DNA of 64,000 nt from NCBI GenBank assembly GCA_020348445.1, contig CP070751.1:2021930-2085929 (forward strand). Direction: 5' to 3'. The notes under the pieces are model-generated. The model did not search any database, was not told where the DNA came from, and was given only the letters and a program-made list of their open reading frames with translations. This stretch comes from Thermoplasmata archaeon. GTDB lineage: Archaea; Thermoplasmatota; Thermoplasmata; GCA-020350865. This document shows positions 38,901 to 47,817 of this stretch, one piece after another. Positions within the stretch are counted from its first letter, which is position 1; each line of letters opens with the position of its first letter. Made by a program: the position numbers and the translations under genes.

Positions 38901-39435
38901 TATTATCTGATGATTCCCTGATATGGATACCATATTCGTTTTGAGAGAAATTATTGTTTGATATGAAATTGTTGTAAGATGATTTAATATATAATCCTTC
39001 ATCGATGTTGGAGTGTACAATATTACTCATTATCGTATTATTCGATACCGAGTCTATATAGATGCCATAATCTCCGTTTGTGATGGTAAAACCAGTAATA
39101 TTTACCCAATCAGATGTCACGGTGATTACATCACCACTTGCTCCTCCATCTATTATAGTGGTCTTGTTATCCTGACCTGTAAGATTAATGGTAATGTCCA
39201 CAACCACATTCTCGATGTAGATACCAGAATGTACAAAAACAGTATAACCGACACCGGCCATACCTATACCGCCGTTTATGGTGGTTGAATCATTTCCAAC
39301 ACCGGAACCAACATAAATGATATTCTCCCCCCTCACAACATGTGATTTGAGTATGAAGAACCCAAACAATGTTCCTGCAACTAATAAAAACGGGATTAGA
39401 AATGACATCAGCTTTTTTTTCATGCTAACACTCAT
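35986..39435 (-). CDS. Membrane-anchored surface protein: beta-helix, Ig-like domain, 3 FN3 domains, TSP3-like Ca-binding repeats, C-terminal TM helix and charged tail
   Basis: NosD-like coils; three PxxL...W..P.SDGGS.I.NYRIY repeats; DTDNDTIPDYKDWDDDNDG...DTDGDGIGNNADPDDDNDG; IWIWIVILGIILLFLVIIFLFMRKKR. Confidence 0.88.
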   Translation of the reverse strand: MSVSMKKKLMSFLIPFLLVAGTLFGFFILKSHVVRGENIIYVGSGVGNDSTTINGGIGMAGVGYTVFVHSGIYIENVVVDITINLTGQDNKTTIIDGGASGDVITVTSDWVNITGFTITNGDYGIYIDSVSNNTIMSNIVHSNIDEGLYIKSSYNNFISNNNFSQNEYGIHIRESSDNNTIIDNIIWNNSVNGIYLSKLSFNNVTHNYISDNGGNGVYLYTGINVTLRDNSISNNNHGIYLTASSKNNTIERNIVINNEYGIHLGLAFNNTITDNTIQLNDWEGIRLHSSSKNNTIMDNNISSNGRHGIYLTLTSTNNTIDKNIISNNFDGVNVSSSSNNSITDNTIFNNLGCGVYLLSSSNTTIEINNVTNNLFGISLYYSNENAIKGNNVSYNGEYGIYLYSSTFNIVTENIATFNDQDGITIWYSSKNIVTDNNASSNIEIGIRVWGEDENNVTDNIVSNNQNGILLKYTDGNDISNNTVFSNADNGISLSINTNVNNIINNTVFSNGQNGIFLISSMDNNVTGNYIQSNSDCGINLASSSGNWIYHNHIIDNTNQARDDTNFNYWNDTYPSGGNFWSDFNKPDEGAYDDYQGPNQDILGSDDIVDNGSGLGGGRNPYIIDSDSQDNYPLTKYREEIPPLITNLQPSDASIINLSVPEIRANYTDISGINTSTVLLEVDGINVTSFADITAYNISYIPDSPLDDESHTVFLSVEDIWGNEATVSWSFVVDAITIPTVPQNLQASSGDSYVNLTWEVPESDGGSSIINYRIYKGTTSGDETFYQEIDNFLLFNDTDVSNGVTYYYKVSAVNEVGEGPLSEGARATPLSVPGAPLLWPAFSHVSRINITWEAPFSDGGSPITNYRIYRGSTPSAKSLIAEVGSKLLYYNDLNVSDGVSYYYEVSAVNALGEGQKSNKASATTPKVPTAPIELTSRSGDSLVTIYWNIPDSYGGSSISNYRIYRSTEKGEEGLLVEIDDSLFYRDSNVTNDVTYYYKVRAVNAVGEGPGSNEINETPRLDTDNDTIPDYKDWDDDNDGYLDEDDDFPLNSSEWVDTDGDGIGNNADPDDDNDGHNDDEDIDPLDPKVWKKDESQPPIPIWIWIVILGIILLFLVIIFLFMRKKRQTENKNTEEEKSPEDIEDEKEDKEP

Positions 39436-39618
39436 TTTATATTAAACTGCACAATCATTTTCCTCTGTTCATATATTCTTCCGTATTTTTACTTTGTGTT
39501 TTAAATATCAAAGGTCCCAAGAGATATTAGAATTCTATCGTGGGATATAAATCCCCAAGGCAAAATCACCACAATCTTAATATAACATAGACTTTATTTT
39601 AGAGCATTTAAAATAACA

Positions 39619-39990
39619 TTGGAGTGGGAAAAAATGCAAGAAAAGGAGGACCTATTGTTCTATGCAGGTTACGGACTTTCCATAGTAATGCTCGGCCTAA
39701 TGAGCCTCCTCTATTCGATAGGATTCATTGATGGGTGGGCCGCATTTGGTATGTGGCTTTTGGCCACGAGCTTAATTTTAGTGGGATTGGGAATGGTTAG
39801 AACAGAATCTGCCCCCCATGGCTCAAGAGCCCTCATGGGCTTTGGATTCCTGCTTACCATAATCTCTATTGCGATTTTGGGTATTATCTTGAAGATGGTG
39901 ACCCCGACAACAGCCTTTGCCTTGCTGATATTACTGGCAGGCTTGGGCATTCTGGCTTTGGGTTTAAGCAGAGCAAGGAGTGCATCATGA
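39619..39990 (+). CDS. Small integral membrane protein, about 4 TM helices (start may be ATG 39634)
   Basis: Four hydrophobic segments in 123 aa; first gene of a closely spaced three-gene run on the + strand. Confidence 0.72.
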   Translation: MEWEKMQEKEDLLFYAGYGLSIVMLGLMSLLYSIGFIDGWAAFGMWLLATSLILVGLGMVRTESAPHGSRALMGFGFLLTIISIAILGIILKMVTPTTAFALLILLAGLGILALGLSRARSAS

Positions 39991-40017
39991 GCAAATAAAT
40001 TAAAAGAAGGGTTTGAT

Positions 40018-40548
40018 ATGGTTGATTTAAGGGAGAGGGTAAAAGAGGACAGAGGTCTTTTGAAGAAGCTGGAGCTGGCTATCCCGGGTTTTAGAGGCTA
40101 CAGAAAAAGAGAGGATCTGAGAATAGCAGACAGCCTTCTTAGAACGCAGCTGGCAAACAACCTGGGTAAAGTCAGGGAGAAAATAGAGCTCGCAAGACAA
40201 GATTTAACAAAAAAAATGGAGATGGACCTTATTGACAACATGGCGCAATTAATGAACAACATCACATCCACGGAAAACAGGGTAAGACATGCAGAGCAGG
40301 GATACTCTGGAGTTTCCGCAGATTTCAATGTAAGAGAGGATGAACTCGATAAGATATATGAATGGGATTTGAATCTTCTATCTGATATTGAGAATTTATC
40401 AAATAGTGCAAGCTCGTTACAGGCTACAATTAGCACAGGCAGCACATCTGAGATAGACCAAAAAATAATCGAAGTTGAAAACGAGATACGAGAATTCAAT
40501 TCTCTTTTTGACAAACGAATTCAGACCATAGCAAACTTAGGAGTCTGA
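40018..40548 (+). CDS. Conserved-looking all-alpha/coiled-coil protein of unknown function
   Basis: 176 aa, charged and helical (LKKLELAIPGFRGYRKREDLRIADSLLR); lies between the membrane-protein gene and the SPFH gene. Confidence 0.78.
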   Translation: MVDLRERVKEDRGLLKKLELAIPGFRGYRKREDLRIADSLLRTQLANNLGKVREKIELARQDLTKKMEMDLIDNMAQLMNNITSTENRVRHAEQGYSGVSADFNVREDELDKIYEWDLNLLSDIENLSNSASSLQATISTGSTSEIDQKIIEVENEIREFNSLFDKRIQTIANLGV

Positions 40549-40588
40549 GGTTAAAAAACCTTGAATATTTAAAAACGGAGGAATATGT

Positions 40589-41701
40589 ATGTCATTGGTT
40601 GGTGCTGATACATTCAATTGGGAGGACAGATACAAGGGCGAGAACGTGATGTATCGTGTCCCAAAGAACATAAGATGGAACGATAATGTCGTGGTTAGGG
40701 AGGACGAGTACGGAGTCTTCTTTCGAGATGGGAAGGTCATGCACGTCTTCGACAGACCCGGTAGATTCGCAATGACCACGTTGAATGTCCCAGTTTTGGC
40801 GCGGCTTGCCAAGGCTGTAACAGGAATTGAACAGCTGGGTGAGATCTACTACCTTCAAAGAAGGGAGTTGAGAGGCAAGTTCGGAACTGCAGAACCCCTG
40901 GTATTCAGGGATAAGGATTTTGGAATGGTGAGGTTGAGAATGTTCGGCCAGTTCTCCTATAAAATTGTCGAACCCACGCTTTTTATGACACAGTTTGTTG
41001 GAACAAAGGGATGGTCCCGCAGTGAGGAGGTTATAAACTGGATGCGGGATCAGATCGTGATGTCTTTAAATGACGCTCTTGGAGAGCTGAAACGTGATAA
41101 AGGTATGGGAGCAGCCGACATGCCTGCATATCTTGAGGAAATCGAGCAGGTGCTCCTTGTCAAGGTTGATGACGATGTCTCAAGATACGGGGTTAAGATC
41201 ATGAAGCTCACAGGCCTGAATATCAATCTGCCCGAAGAGGTTCAAAAGGCCGTTGATATGAGAGGTGCAATGGGTGTTTTAGGCACCGATTACATGAGAT
41301 ACCAGGCTGGTAAGGCAATGGTTGAAGCCGCAGAAGGTGGCGGTGGTGGGGGTGGAGCAGGTGACACAGCTGCAGCCGGAATGGGTCTTGGGGTGGGTGC
41401 AGGTTTAGGGATGATGATGCCACAGATGATGCAGCAGGGAGACCAGGGTGCACCTGCAACCACAATCCCATGTCCCAAGTGCAACACCGCAATTCCTCCA
41501 AATACAAAATTCTGCCCCAACTGCGGTGAAAAAATAGGTGGCGGGGTTTCCTGCCCCAAGTGCAAGGCTGTAATACCACCAAATACAAAATTCTGCCCCG
41601 AATGTGGTACCAGCATGCAGGCTTCATGCCCGAAATGCAACGCTGATATTCCCCCGAATACAAAGTTCTGTCCTGAATGCGGGGAGAAGATCGGGGAATA
41701 A
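40589..41701 (+). CDS. SPFH (band 7/YdjI-like) protein with three C-terminal double-zinc-ribbon units
   Basis: VVVREDEYGVFFRDGK...FDRPGRF, GKFGTAEP...RDKDFGMVRLRMFGQFSY; Gly-rich linker; three CPKCxxxIPPNTKFCPxCG units. RBS GGAGG upstream. Confidence 0.88.
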   Translation: MSLVGADTFNWEDRYKGENVMYRVPKNIRWNDNVVVREDEYGVFFRDGKVMHVFDRPGRFAMTTLNVPVLARLAKAVTGIEQLGEIYYLQRRELRGKFGTAEPLVFRDKDFGMVRLRMFGQFSYKIVEPTLFMTQFVGTKGWSRSEEVINWMRDQIVMSLNDALGELKRDKGMGAADMPAYLEEIEQVLLVKVDDDVSRYGVKIMKLTGLNINLPEEVQKAVDMRGAMGVLGTDYMRYQAGKAMVEAAEGGGGGGGAGDTAAAGMGLGVGAGLGMMMPQMMQQGDQGAPATTIPCPKCNTAIPPNTKFCPNCGEKIGGGVSCPKCKAVIPPNTKFCPECGTSMQASCPKCNADIPPNTKFCPECGEKIGE

Positions 41702-41716
41702 AAACAATTTTTCTAA

Positions 41717-44700
41717 TTAACTTCCAATGAAGATGAATTTGGTTGCTTGCGTAGTGGAGACCTGAAATCCAAATCCCATCTCGATTACTGGATCATAGGC
41801 ACCCCGGGGCATTCTTGTGGAATGCCATAACCAATCTCCAAGTGTAGGATCTAAATAGTTGATGCCAACCACATTTTCTATATTATCACAGAACCAGTCA
41901 GCAGTCTCATAGGCATCGGGTTTTAGAGGCAATGCCATTGTATCGTACTGAGACAGATATTGGGCATACCATATTCCTATGCTGTATGTACCTATACCTC
42001 GTTCACCAGTAGTCTGATTATATGGGATGATCATGTAGTAAATCTCTGCTCCGGGTATAGCAATACCACTATCTACCTGAGTTATCCATTCACCTGGGCC
42101 ATAGTTGTTTATTATTATTTTAAGGTCGATATAATCATCATCCTCATCTCCCCAGAATCCATCTCTTTTATGTGAACGATAAACCCGAAATTCAAATTCT
42201 AATCTCGTATTTTTCGGTGTCATCCATGTAAGATATACATCACCATTATCATCTATAAAAATTGTCAGGTTCTGGGCATCACCGATTCTGGGTGTGGTGT
42301 CAAATCCAAAGGATACGTTGTCGTACATTATCATGGAACCCGGCATTCCACAGAACGTGTATTTTGTCTGAGAGGCAAAACCAACCTCAAATCCCCTTCC
42401 AACAGAAAGAATTGTATCGTTTATCTCACCTTCCCCGTGTTTCATCCAGGTACGGGTTGACGGGTCAATCCATTTGATGTACCTGGCGTTCATGTCATTC
42501 AAGTAGAAGTCCGCAGTTGGTATTTGGTTCTCCAAAGGTTCCAAAGGCAATGAAAATGATGAGATTCCAGCAGGAAAAGTCCTTGTGTATTTACCCACGG
42601 TTCTTGAGGTATAGCTTGTCTCACCGTTTTTAAACACTCCCCGAATCACATAATAATATTCTTTGGAGGCTAGAGTTGATGCAGCATTAGTGTCATTCCA
42701 TGTGGTTCTCAATAAAATGACCTGGCCATCCACAGGATCTGTTCCGTTGGCAAGGTTTCCAGATGTATCGACCCAGGGAGTTGTGAAATCGAACTCTGTT
42801 TGCGAAGTGGCGCAATAAATAAGAAAATGAGAAAGATAAGAGAGCTTTGGATGTGTCCAGCTGAGAAGAATATCATCCCCAGTGCATTCTATGAATAGCT
42901 TGGGAGGATCATAACCCAGAACTTCCAGCACTTTAGATGCAATGTTATTTGTTTCATCAATTTCGATAAAGAAACCTGGGGAAGGATAATCCACTGCAAC
43001 AAATATCCTAAACACTCCAATCTTTTGCGGAATCCAGGTTATGGAAACTGTATAATTATCCCCAATTAAAAGCAATGGAATTGTCAAATTTGGACAGATC
43101 AATCTCCCTCCAAGAAGAGGATCATCGTCATAAAATGATACCTTGACATTGGTTACATCCAAATCTCCTACATTGTGGATGGTGGCATTTATTTTGACAA
43201 TGGAATCCCTAAAAACCTCGGAACCAGGATTAAAAGAGATATCATCTGTTGAAATTGCTAAATCCGGGTAACGCAGATTTTCTGGGGGATTGATCACCGA
43301 TAAAAAGGAGCCGAAGGATGGTCCATCGAAATCACCATTGAAGACTGTAACTGGTAAATTGGATTGCAGATGCAGTATATTTCCCCCCCAACCTCCCCAT
43401 TCCCACCACCATGGACCGTTGCCCAAAAGGTCGTCGGCGTCTAGCGTGAAATCATAGAAATTATTACGGCCTGTACCAGGCCCCCAACTGTAGGTAAGGG
43501 AGGTGATCTTGACAACAGTGTGATTCTTATCATAAACAAATATCTGGAAGTCATTTGCCCCGCCATTCTGGGCATATGTGAAGACCTCCTGGCTGAATAT
43601 ACCCGTGGATACGGAGGGTGAAAGATCCGCAAACTCTTGCCTGTGGTCCGAGACAGGTCCTATATAGATTAAAACATCCTTGTCAGCCCTTATTTCCATA
43701 TAGTCATCGTCGATTAAATTGTTGGAATTATGAAATAATGTGACTCCAGGCCTTGCTATTATGGGATTCCCGTACTCGGAGTTGCTTCTTTGAGTGTATA
43801 TGTCGAATCGATTCATGAGAAGAGTCATGGTGTCATCCCCATCACTGAGGTCGATTACATCCACAGTGGTGTTATCCTCCAGGGGAAGCACAGTCAAAGA
43901 ATCAGAGGCAAAGACAAAGAATCGATTTCCCTTCTCAGTCCCGTTGACCGAGGGCGGAGTTGCCGTCCAGTCTAAACCACCAGATACCTTCCCAGCCAAT
44001 ACCGAGATTAGAATGTTGCTTTCTATTTTAACAATATCATCATCAAAACCTGTAAGTTTGTATATTTCAACATCCGCATTTAAGAAATCGGTATTCACAT
44101 CTGTGAGGATCTGTGTGTCATCTCCATCTGACATATCTGTAATGGATATTGAAGTGGGGGGCTGAGATATAAGTGAAGGAACAAAGATGTACATTTCCTG
44201 TGCCACAAAACCATAGAAGATATTCCCGTACTTATTGCCCCCTGAAGTGGGGATATAGGACATCCAGGAATTTCCTCCCGAGGCATATAAGGAATCCCCT
44301 GAAAGAACGGTAACGTTGTGGGTGGCGTTGATATCCACATGGGCATTTGTAAGACTGGTTGTCCAGCTTCCCCCTTCATTTATACTGAACTGGGCGATCT
44401 GAATGCCATTGGAAAGGTCAGTAACCTTAATTTGTGTGTTATCCACATGACCTATCACCATGAGTGTGCCACGGACAAATGTGACATACCTGTTGGGACT
44501 CCTGTATTCCAATCCCATGAGGGTGGTTGAGTTAAGCTGTGCGCAATCAGAAGCCATTGGATTGATATTTGATCTGGCAAATATTGTGGTGAACTCGGTG
44601 ACACCCCCCGGCACCCCGAATGGGATCGTCACATTCACCGCAATTTGTGCAGTTGAATTTGGATTAATGATTCCTGTGTCGGGAATTCCATCGGAAGCTG

Positions 44701-47560
44701 GGCCGGATTCAGTGTCCGCAAGTGGTGTCACACCATCGGCCTGAAGTAATTCCACGTTCCAACCGAGGATAGAAGAATAGGTGATGTCCATGACATCATC
44801 GAAATTGTTAAGGTTTGTAATGTTTAGAAAAAATGTGAGTGTCATGCCTGAAACACCTATCTCGAATTGATCCTGTTCTACTTTAACCAAGGGCAATGTA
44901 GGAATCGCGTCGAACACCCACCCTTCTTGTTGTGAGCTGATATCGTCAAAGCCAAGATTACCACCTGCTCCCTCGGGAATACGTGCCGCACTGCAATTTA
45001 CATTATGTGGGGAGCTCCAACCCACCATATCCAATAGGCTCCCGCTTCCATCATAAAGATAGATATTGTCACCTGATATGTCCATCTGACTGAAGAGTCC
45101 AGGGGCATCAAGCGGGGTCAGTATGAAGTATTTATTAGATGGTGTGAGGACAGTGCCTGATGGAACCTCAAATTCATTGTCGCATATTATCTTGTATCCC
45201 TGTATATCAATGGAACCTGAACCAGTATACATCAATTCAATGAATCGGAGATTGAGATCTTGGGAATTGAACACAACCTCATTTAATACAACCTCTGAGC
45301 TGAAATTGGCCTGGGGATTGTCGTTTACGAAACCGAAAGTTTGACCTGAAGTTGCGTTCCTACTCCATATGTTTGAGTAATTTCCTGATTCAAATATACG
45401 CTCCACACTCTCACTTGGGAGGGGATCAGGGATAGCTCCCTTTTGACCATAGTATACTTCCTCAATCAGGACACCATTTTGGTATAGACCTATGGTATCA
45501 CCTTCTGGATTGAAGCCATTTGGGGTGGTCACATTAAAAAGGGCATATCCATCCGCGCTGGCAATTGGGTTAACCCATACTCCACTAATGGGCCCGGATT
45601 CAGATTCGAGTGTAAAGCTAGACCTGAAGTCGATTGCAGGATACCTCGGGTTGTATACTTCGACTTGGGCTGCTTCAGATTCATTGTCAGATAACTCTGT
45701 AATGATTACTTCCAAAGGGCAGTTGAAAACCCAACCTGCCGCCTCTGATGTTATGTCATTGTAGCCTTGATAAGTGCCGGTTCCATCTGGTACCCTGCGC
45801 ACGCTCATGTCCTGAAGATGAGGAGAGTCCCAACCCACCATATCAAGCAGTTGCCCACTGTTATCATATAAATAAACATTGTCACCTGAGGCATCCATTT
45901 GGCTGAAAAAAATGGGATCATCTAATTGAACCATGGTAAAATATTGATTTGAAGGGCTTAATACATGTCCTTGCGGAATACGGTACTCGGTATCGCAAAT
46001 GATGCTGTATCCTTGGATATCAAGGGTTCCGCTACCCTGGTACATCAATTTTACAAAACCCAATTCCGGCGTTCCAAAATTGAACATGACCTCGTTTATT
46101 ATCACTGGTGGGGAAGATTCAACAGAAGGAACGTCATTTTGTGCACCCCATGTCGGACCAGAAGAATCGTTACGAAGCCAATAGTTTGTATAAAGTGATG
46201 TTGTAGCATCATATCGCCTTGCAACAGACTCACCGTTTAAAGGATCAGGTGCTGCGCCCTTCATCCCAAATCCAACCTGATCTATAGTTACGATATTTCC
46301 TCCTCCCAAATCCTGATACAAGCCAATTGTATCACCTTCAGGATCAATAACTCCAGAAGTCAGAGTAAAGACACTGTATTCATAGCTTGGAAGGGGATCT
46401 TTATCCCAATTACCGGACAATGGATTTATCCCATCTTTAGAAAGGAAATATCCCTCAGCCACTAAATCTGTGGTCCCTGATCCAAAATTGTATATCTCTA
46501 TTTGCGTAGAAGAAGAGCTTGAGTCTGATAACTCAGTGATACGAAAACCACTTATTTGCGTATCATAGTAATCTCTTGAATCATTTAATGCAGACATCAT
46601 ATTGGCATGATCACTGCCCATTGCGATGATTAGGGTGAAGGTTCTTGAGGATCCTGCTGGTATCGTTATTCCATTCCATCCTACAGTGGATGTTCGATTT
46701 CCTAAAATTGTGTTTCCAACAACACTGTTTGGTGCATGTAAGCGCTCGTACAACCATGTCTCGTTTTGCCAGAATACCTTATAATCATCATGTGTGGCGG
46801 GGTGAGAATCCTCTGAAAAATAATGCGTGATAGGATCAGAAATAGAAGCAGAACCGATTCCGATGGTTGTGCCACCATTATCAGAAGCCCAGTAGACATC
46901 TTCTGTTGAGTCAAAACCGTCGATGTCGTCCCCACTATCCCCACCTAAACCATATCCTGCACCCTCCTGGGAGATATCGACCTCCAGGCCCAGACAAAAA
47001 TTCAAAATATCATCCAAAGGACTTTTTATGTTAATCACTCTCCATTGTAGTATCGCCCAATCCTTGTCCTTTACAGTCCAACATGTTTGATTGATGAGAA
47101 TATCGTTAGCATCCTGCGTGGTTCCTATGTTCTGGAAAGAGGCGATGCTTTTCTGAATGGAGCCATCATCGATTATCATGGTAATGGGAGAAATCACCCC
47201 AAAATCATCTTGGGTTCTGTAATCACTGGATGCCAAGGTGTAACAATCTGCGATATCCACCATGCCAGGATTGTGATTGTAATTTGCCTGATCCACAACC
47301 AATCCTATGTAACCCCAACCGCTGTTACTTACGGTTTGAAGTGTACCACCTTTAGGCCATTGTAGAGGCATCCAAATCCTGCCAAAATCTGTGAGCATTT
47401 TTACCTGAAGTTCTCCAACATCATGATTTTCAGTGCCGGCACGGGCATTAGGTATCGAAAAAGATATTCCAATCAATAGAATGCTCGAAAGTAAAAGCAC
47501 ACTTATAGTCAATGAAAAGAATTTCCTTTTCTTTAAGTTCCCTCTTCTCCCTATCATCAA
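41717..47560 (-). CDS. Large secreted protein (1,947 aa): N-terminal beta domain, two pairs of lamin-tail-like (LTD) domains, Ig-like and IgGFc-binding-like region, CARDB-like domain, C-terminal module of about 390 aa
   Basis: Signal peptide RKFFSLTISVLLLSSILLIG; repeated ITELSD..QIE.YN and I.NEV.FN...LMY.GSG..DIQGY units; PDLAISTDDISFNP...INATIHNVG; ends FIFIGS. The domain names are motif resemblances only. Confidence 0.82.
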   Translation of the reverse strand: MMIGRRGNLKKRKFFSLTISVLLLSSILLIGISFSIPNARAGTENHDVGELQVKMLTDFGRIWMPLQWPKGGTLQTVSNSGWGYIGLVVDQANYNHNPGMVDIADCYTLASSDYRTQDDFGVISPITMIIDDGSIQKSIASFQNIGTTQDANDILINQTCWTVKDKDWAILQWRVINIKSPLDDILNFCLGLEVDISQEGAGYGLGGDSGDDIDGFDSTEDVYWASDNGGTTIGIGSASISDPITHYFSEDSHPATHDDYKVFWQNETWLYERLHAPNSVVGNTILGNRTSTVGWNGITIPAGSSRTFTLIIAMGSDHANMMSALNDSRDYYDTQISGFRITELSDSSSSSTQIEIYNFGSGTTDLVAEGYFLSKDGINPLSGNWDKDPLPSYEYSVFTLTSGVIDPEGDTIGLYQDLGGGNIVTIDQVGFGMKGAAPDPLNGESVARRYDATTSLYTNYWLRNDSSGPTWGAQNDVPSVESSPPVIINEVMFNFGTPELGFVKLMYQGSGTLDIQGYSIICDTEYRIPQGHVLSPSNQYFTMVQLDDPIFFSQMDASGDNVYLYDNSGQLLDMVGWDSPHLQDMSVRRVPDGTGTYQGYNDITSEAAGWVFNCPLEVIITELSDNESEAAQVEVYNPRYPAIDFRSSFTLESESGPISGVWVNPIASADGYALFNVTTPNGFNPEGDTIGLYQNGVLIEEVYYGQKGAIPDPLPSESVERIFESGNYSNIWSRNATSGQTFGFVNDNPQANFSSEVVLNEVVFNSQDLNLRFIELMYTGSGSIDIQGYKIICDNEFEVPSGTVLTPSNKYFILTPLDAPGLFSQMDISGDNIYLYDGSGSLLDMVGWSSPHNVNCSAARIPEGAGGNLGFDDISSQQEGWVFDAIPTLPLVKVEQDQFEIGVSGMTLTFFLNITNLNNFDDVMDITYSSILGWNVELLQADGVTPLADTESGPASDGIPDTGIINPNSTAQIAVNVTIPFGVPGGVTEFTTIFARSNINPMASDCAQLNSTTLMGLEYRSPNRYVTFVRGTLMVIGHVDNTQIKVTDLSNGIQIAQFSINEGGSWTTSLTNAHVDINATHNVTVLSGDSLYASGGNSWMSYIPTSGGNKYGNIFYGFVAQEMYIFVPSLISQPPTSISITDMSDGDDTQILTDVNTDFLNADVEIYKLTGFDDDIVKIESNILISVLAGKVSGGLDWTATPPSVNGTEKGNRFFVFASDSLTVLPLEDNTTVDVIDLSDGDDTMTLLMNRFDIYTQRSNSEYGNPIIARPGVTLFHNSNNLIDDDYMEIRADKDVLIYIGPVSDHRQEFADLSPSVSTGIFSQEVFTYAQNGGANDFQIFVYDKNHTVVKITSLTYSWGPGTGRNNFYDFTLDADDLLGNGPWWWEWGGWGGNILHLQSNLPVTVFNGDFDGPSFGSFLSVINPPENLRYPDLAISTDDISFNPGSEVFRDSIVKINATIHNVGDLDVTNVKVSFYDDDPLLGGRLICPNLTIPLLLIGDNYTVSITWIPQKIGVFRIFVAVDYPSPGFFIEIDETNNIASKVLEVLGYDPPKLFIECTGDDILLSWTHPKLSYLSHFLIYCATSQTEFDFTTPWVDTSGNLANGTDPVDGQVILLRTTWNDTNAASTLASKEYYYVIRGVFKNGETSYTSRTVGKYTRTFPAGISSFSLPLEPLENQIPTADFYLNDMNARYIKWIDPSTRTWMKHGEGEINDTILSVGRGFEVGFASQTKYTFCGMPGSMIMYDNVSFGFDTTPRIGDAQNLTIFIDDNGDVYLTWMTPKNTRLEFEFRVYRSHKRDGFWGDEDDDYIDLKIIINNYGPGEWITQVDSGIAIPGAEIYYMIIPYNQTTGERGIGTYSIGIWYAQYLSQYDTMALPLKPDAYETADWFCDNIENVVGINYLDPTLGDWLWHSTRMPRGAYDPVIEMGFGFQVSTTQATKFIFIGS

Positions 47561-47631
47561 GTTACCTCTTCTGCCTCCTAGCTCTAAGAGGTTAATGGTA
47601 TAGCTTGTTCCACCTTTTCTCTATATTCATG

Positions 47632-47663
47632 CCAGACCTCTTATAATTTTCCGTATGGTCTGG
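47632..47663 (-). promoter_or_regulatory. BRE-TATA (GGAAAA-TTATAAGA) bracketed by the 7-bp inverted repeat CCAGACC/GGTCTGG
   Basis: Arms at 47632-47638 and 47657-47663, 18 nt apart, upstream of the 41717..47560 gene. Confidence 0.5.
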
Positions 47664-47817
47664 AAGGGAAATTTACAAAAATTCTGGATTTACATTGGCA
47701 ATTCTTAAGATTATTTATCAGAAAGAGATGCCCCGGTGAGCCCAGTTGGAATTAATGTGAATATCTAATTTAAAATCAATTATCATTGAAGTAGTCTTAT
47801 AGCAACTTCTATTTTTT

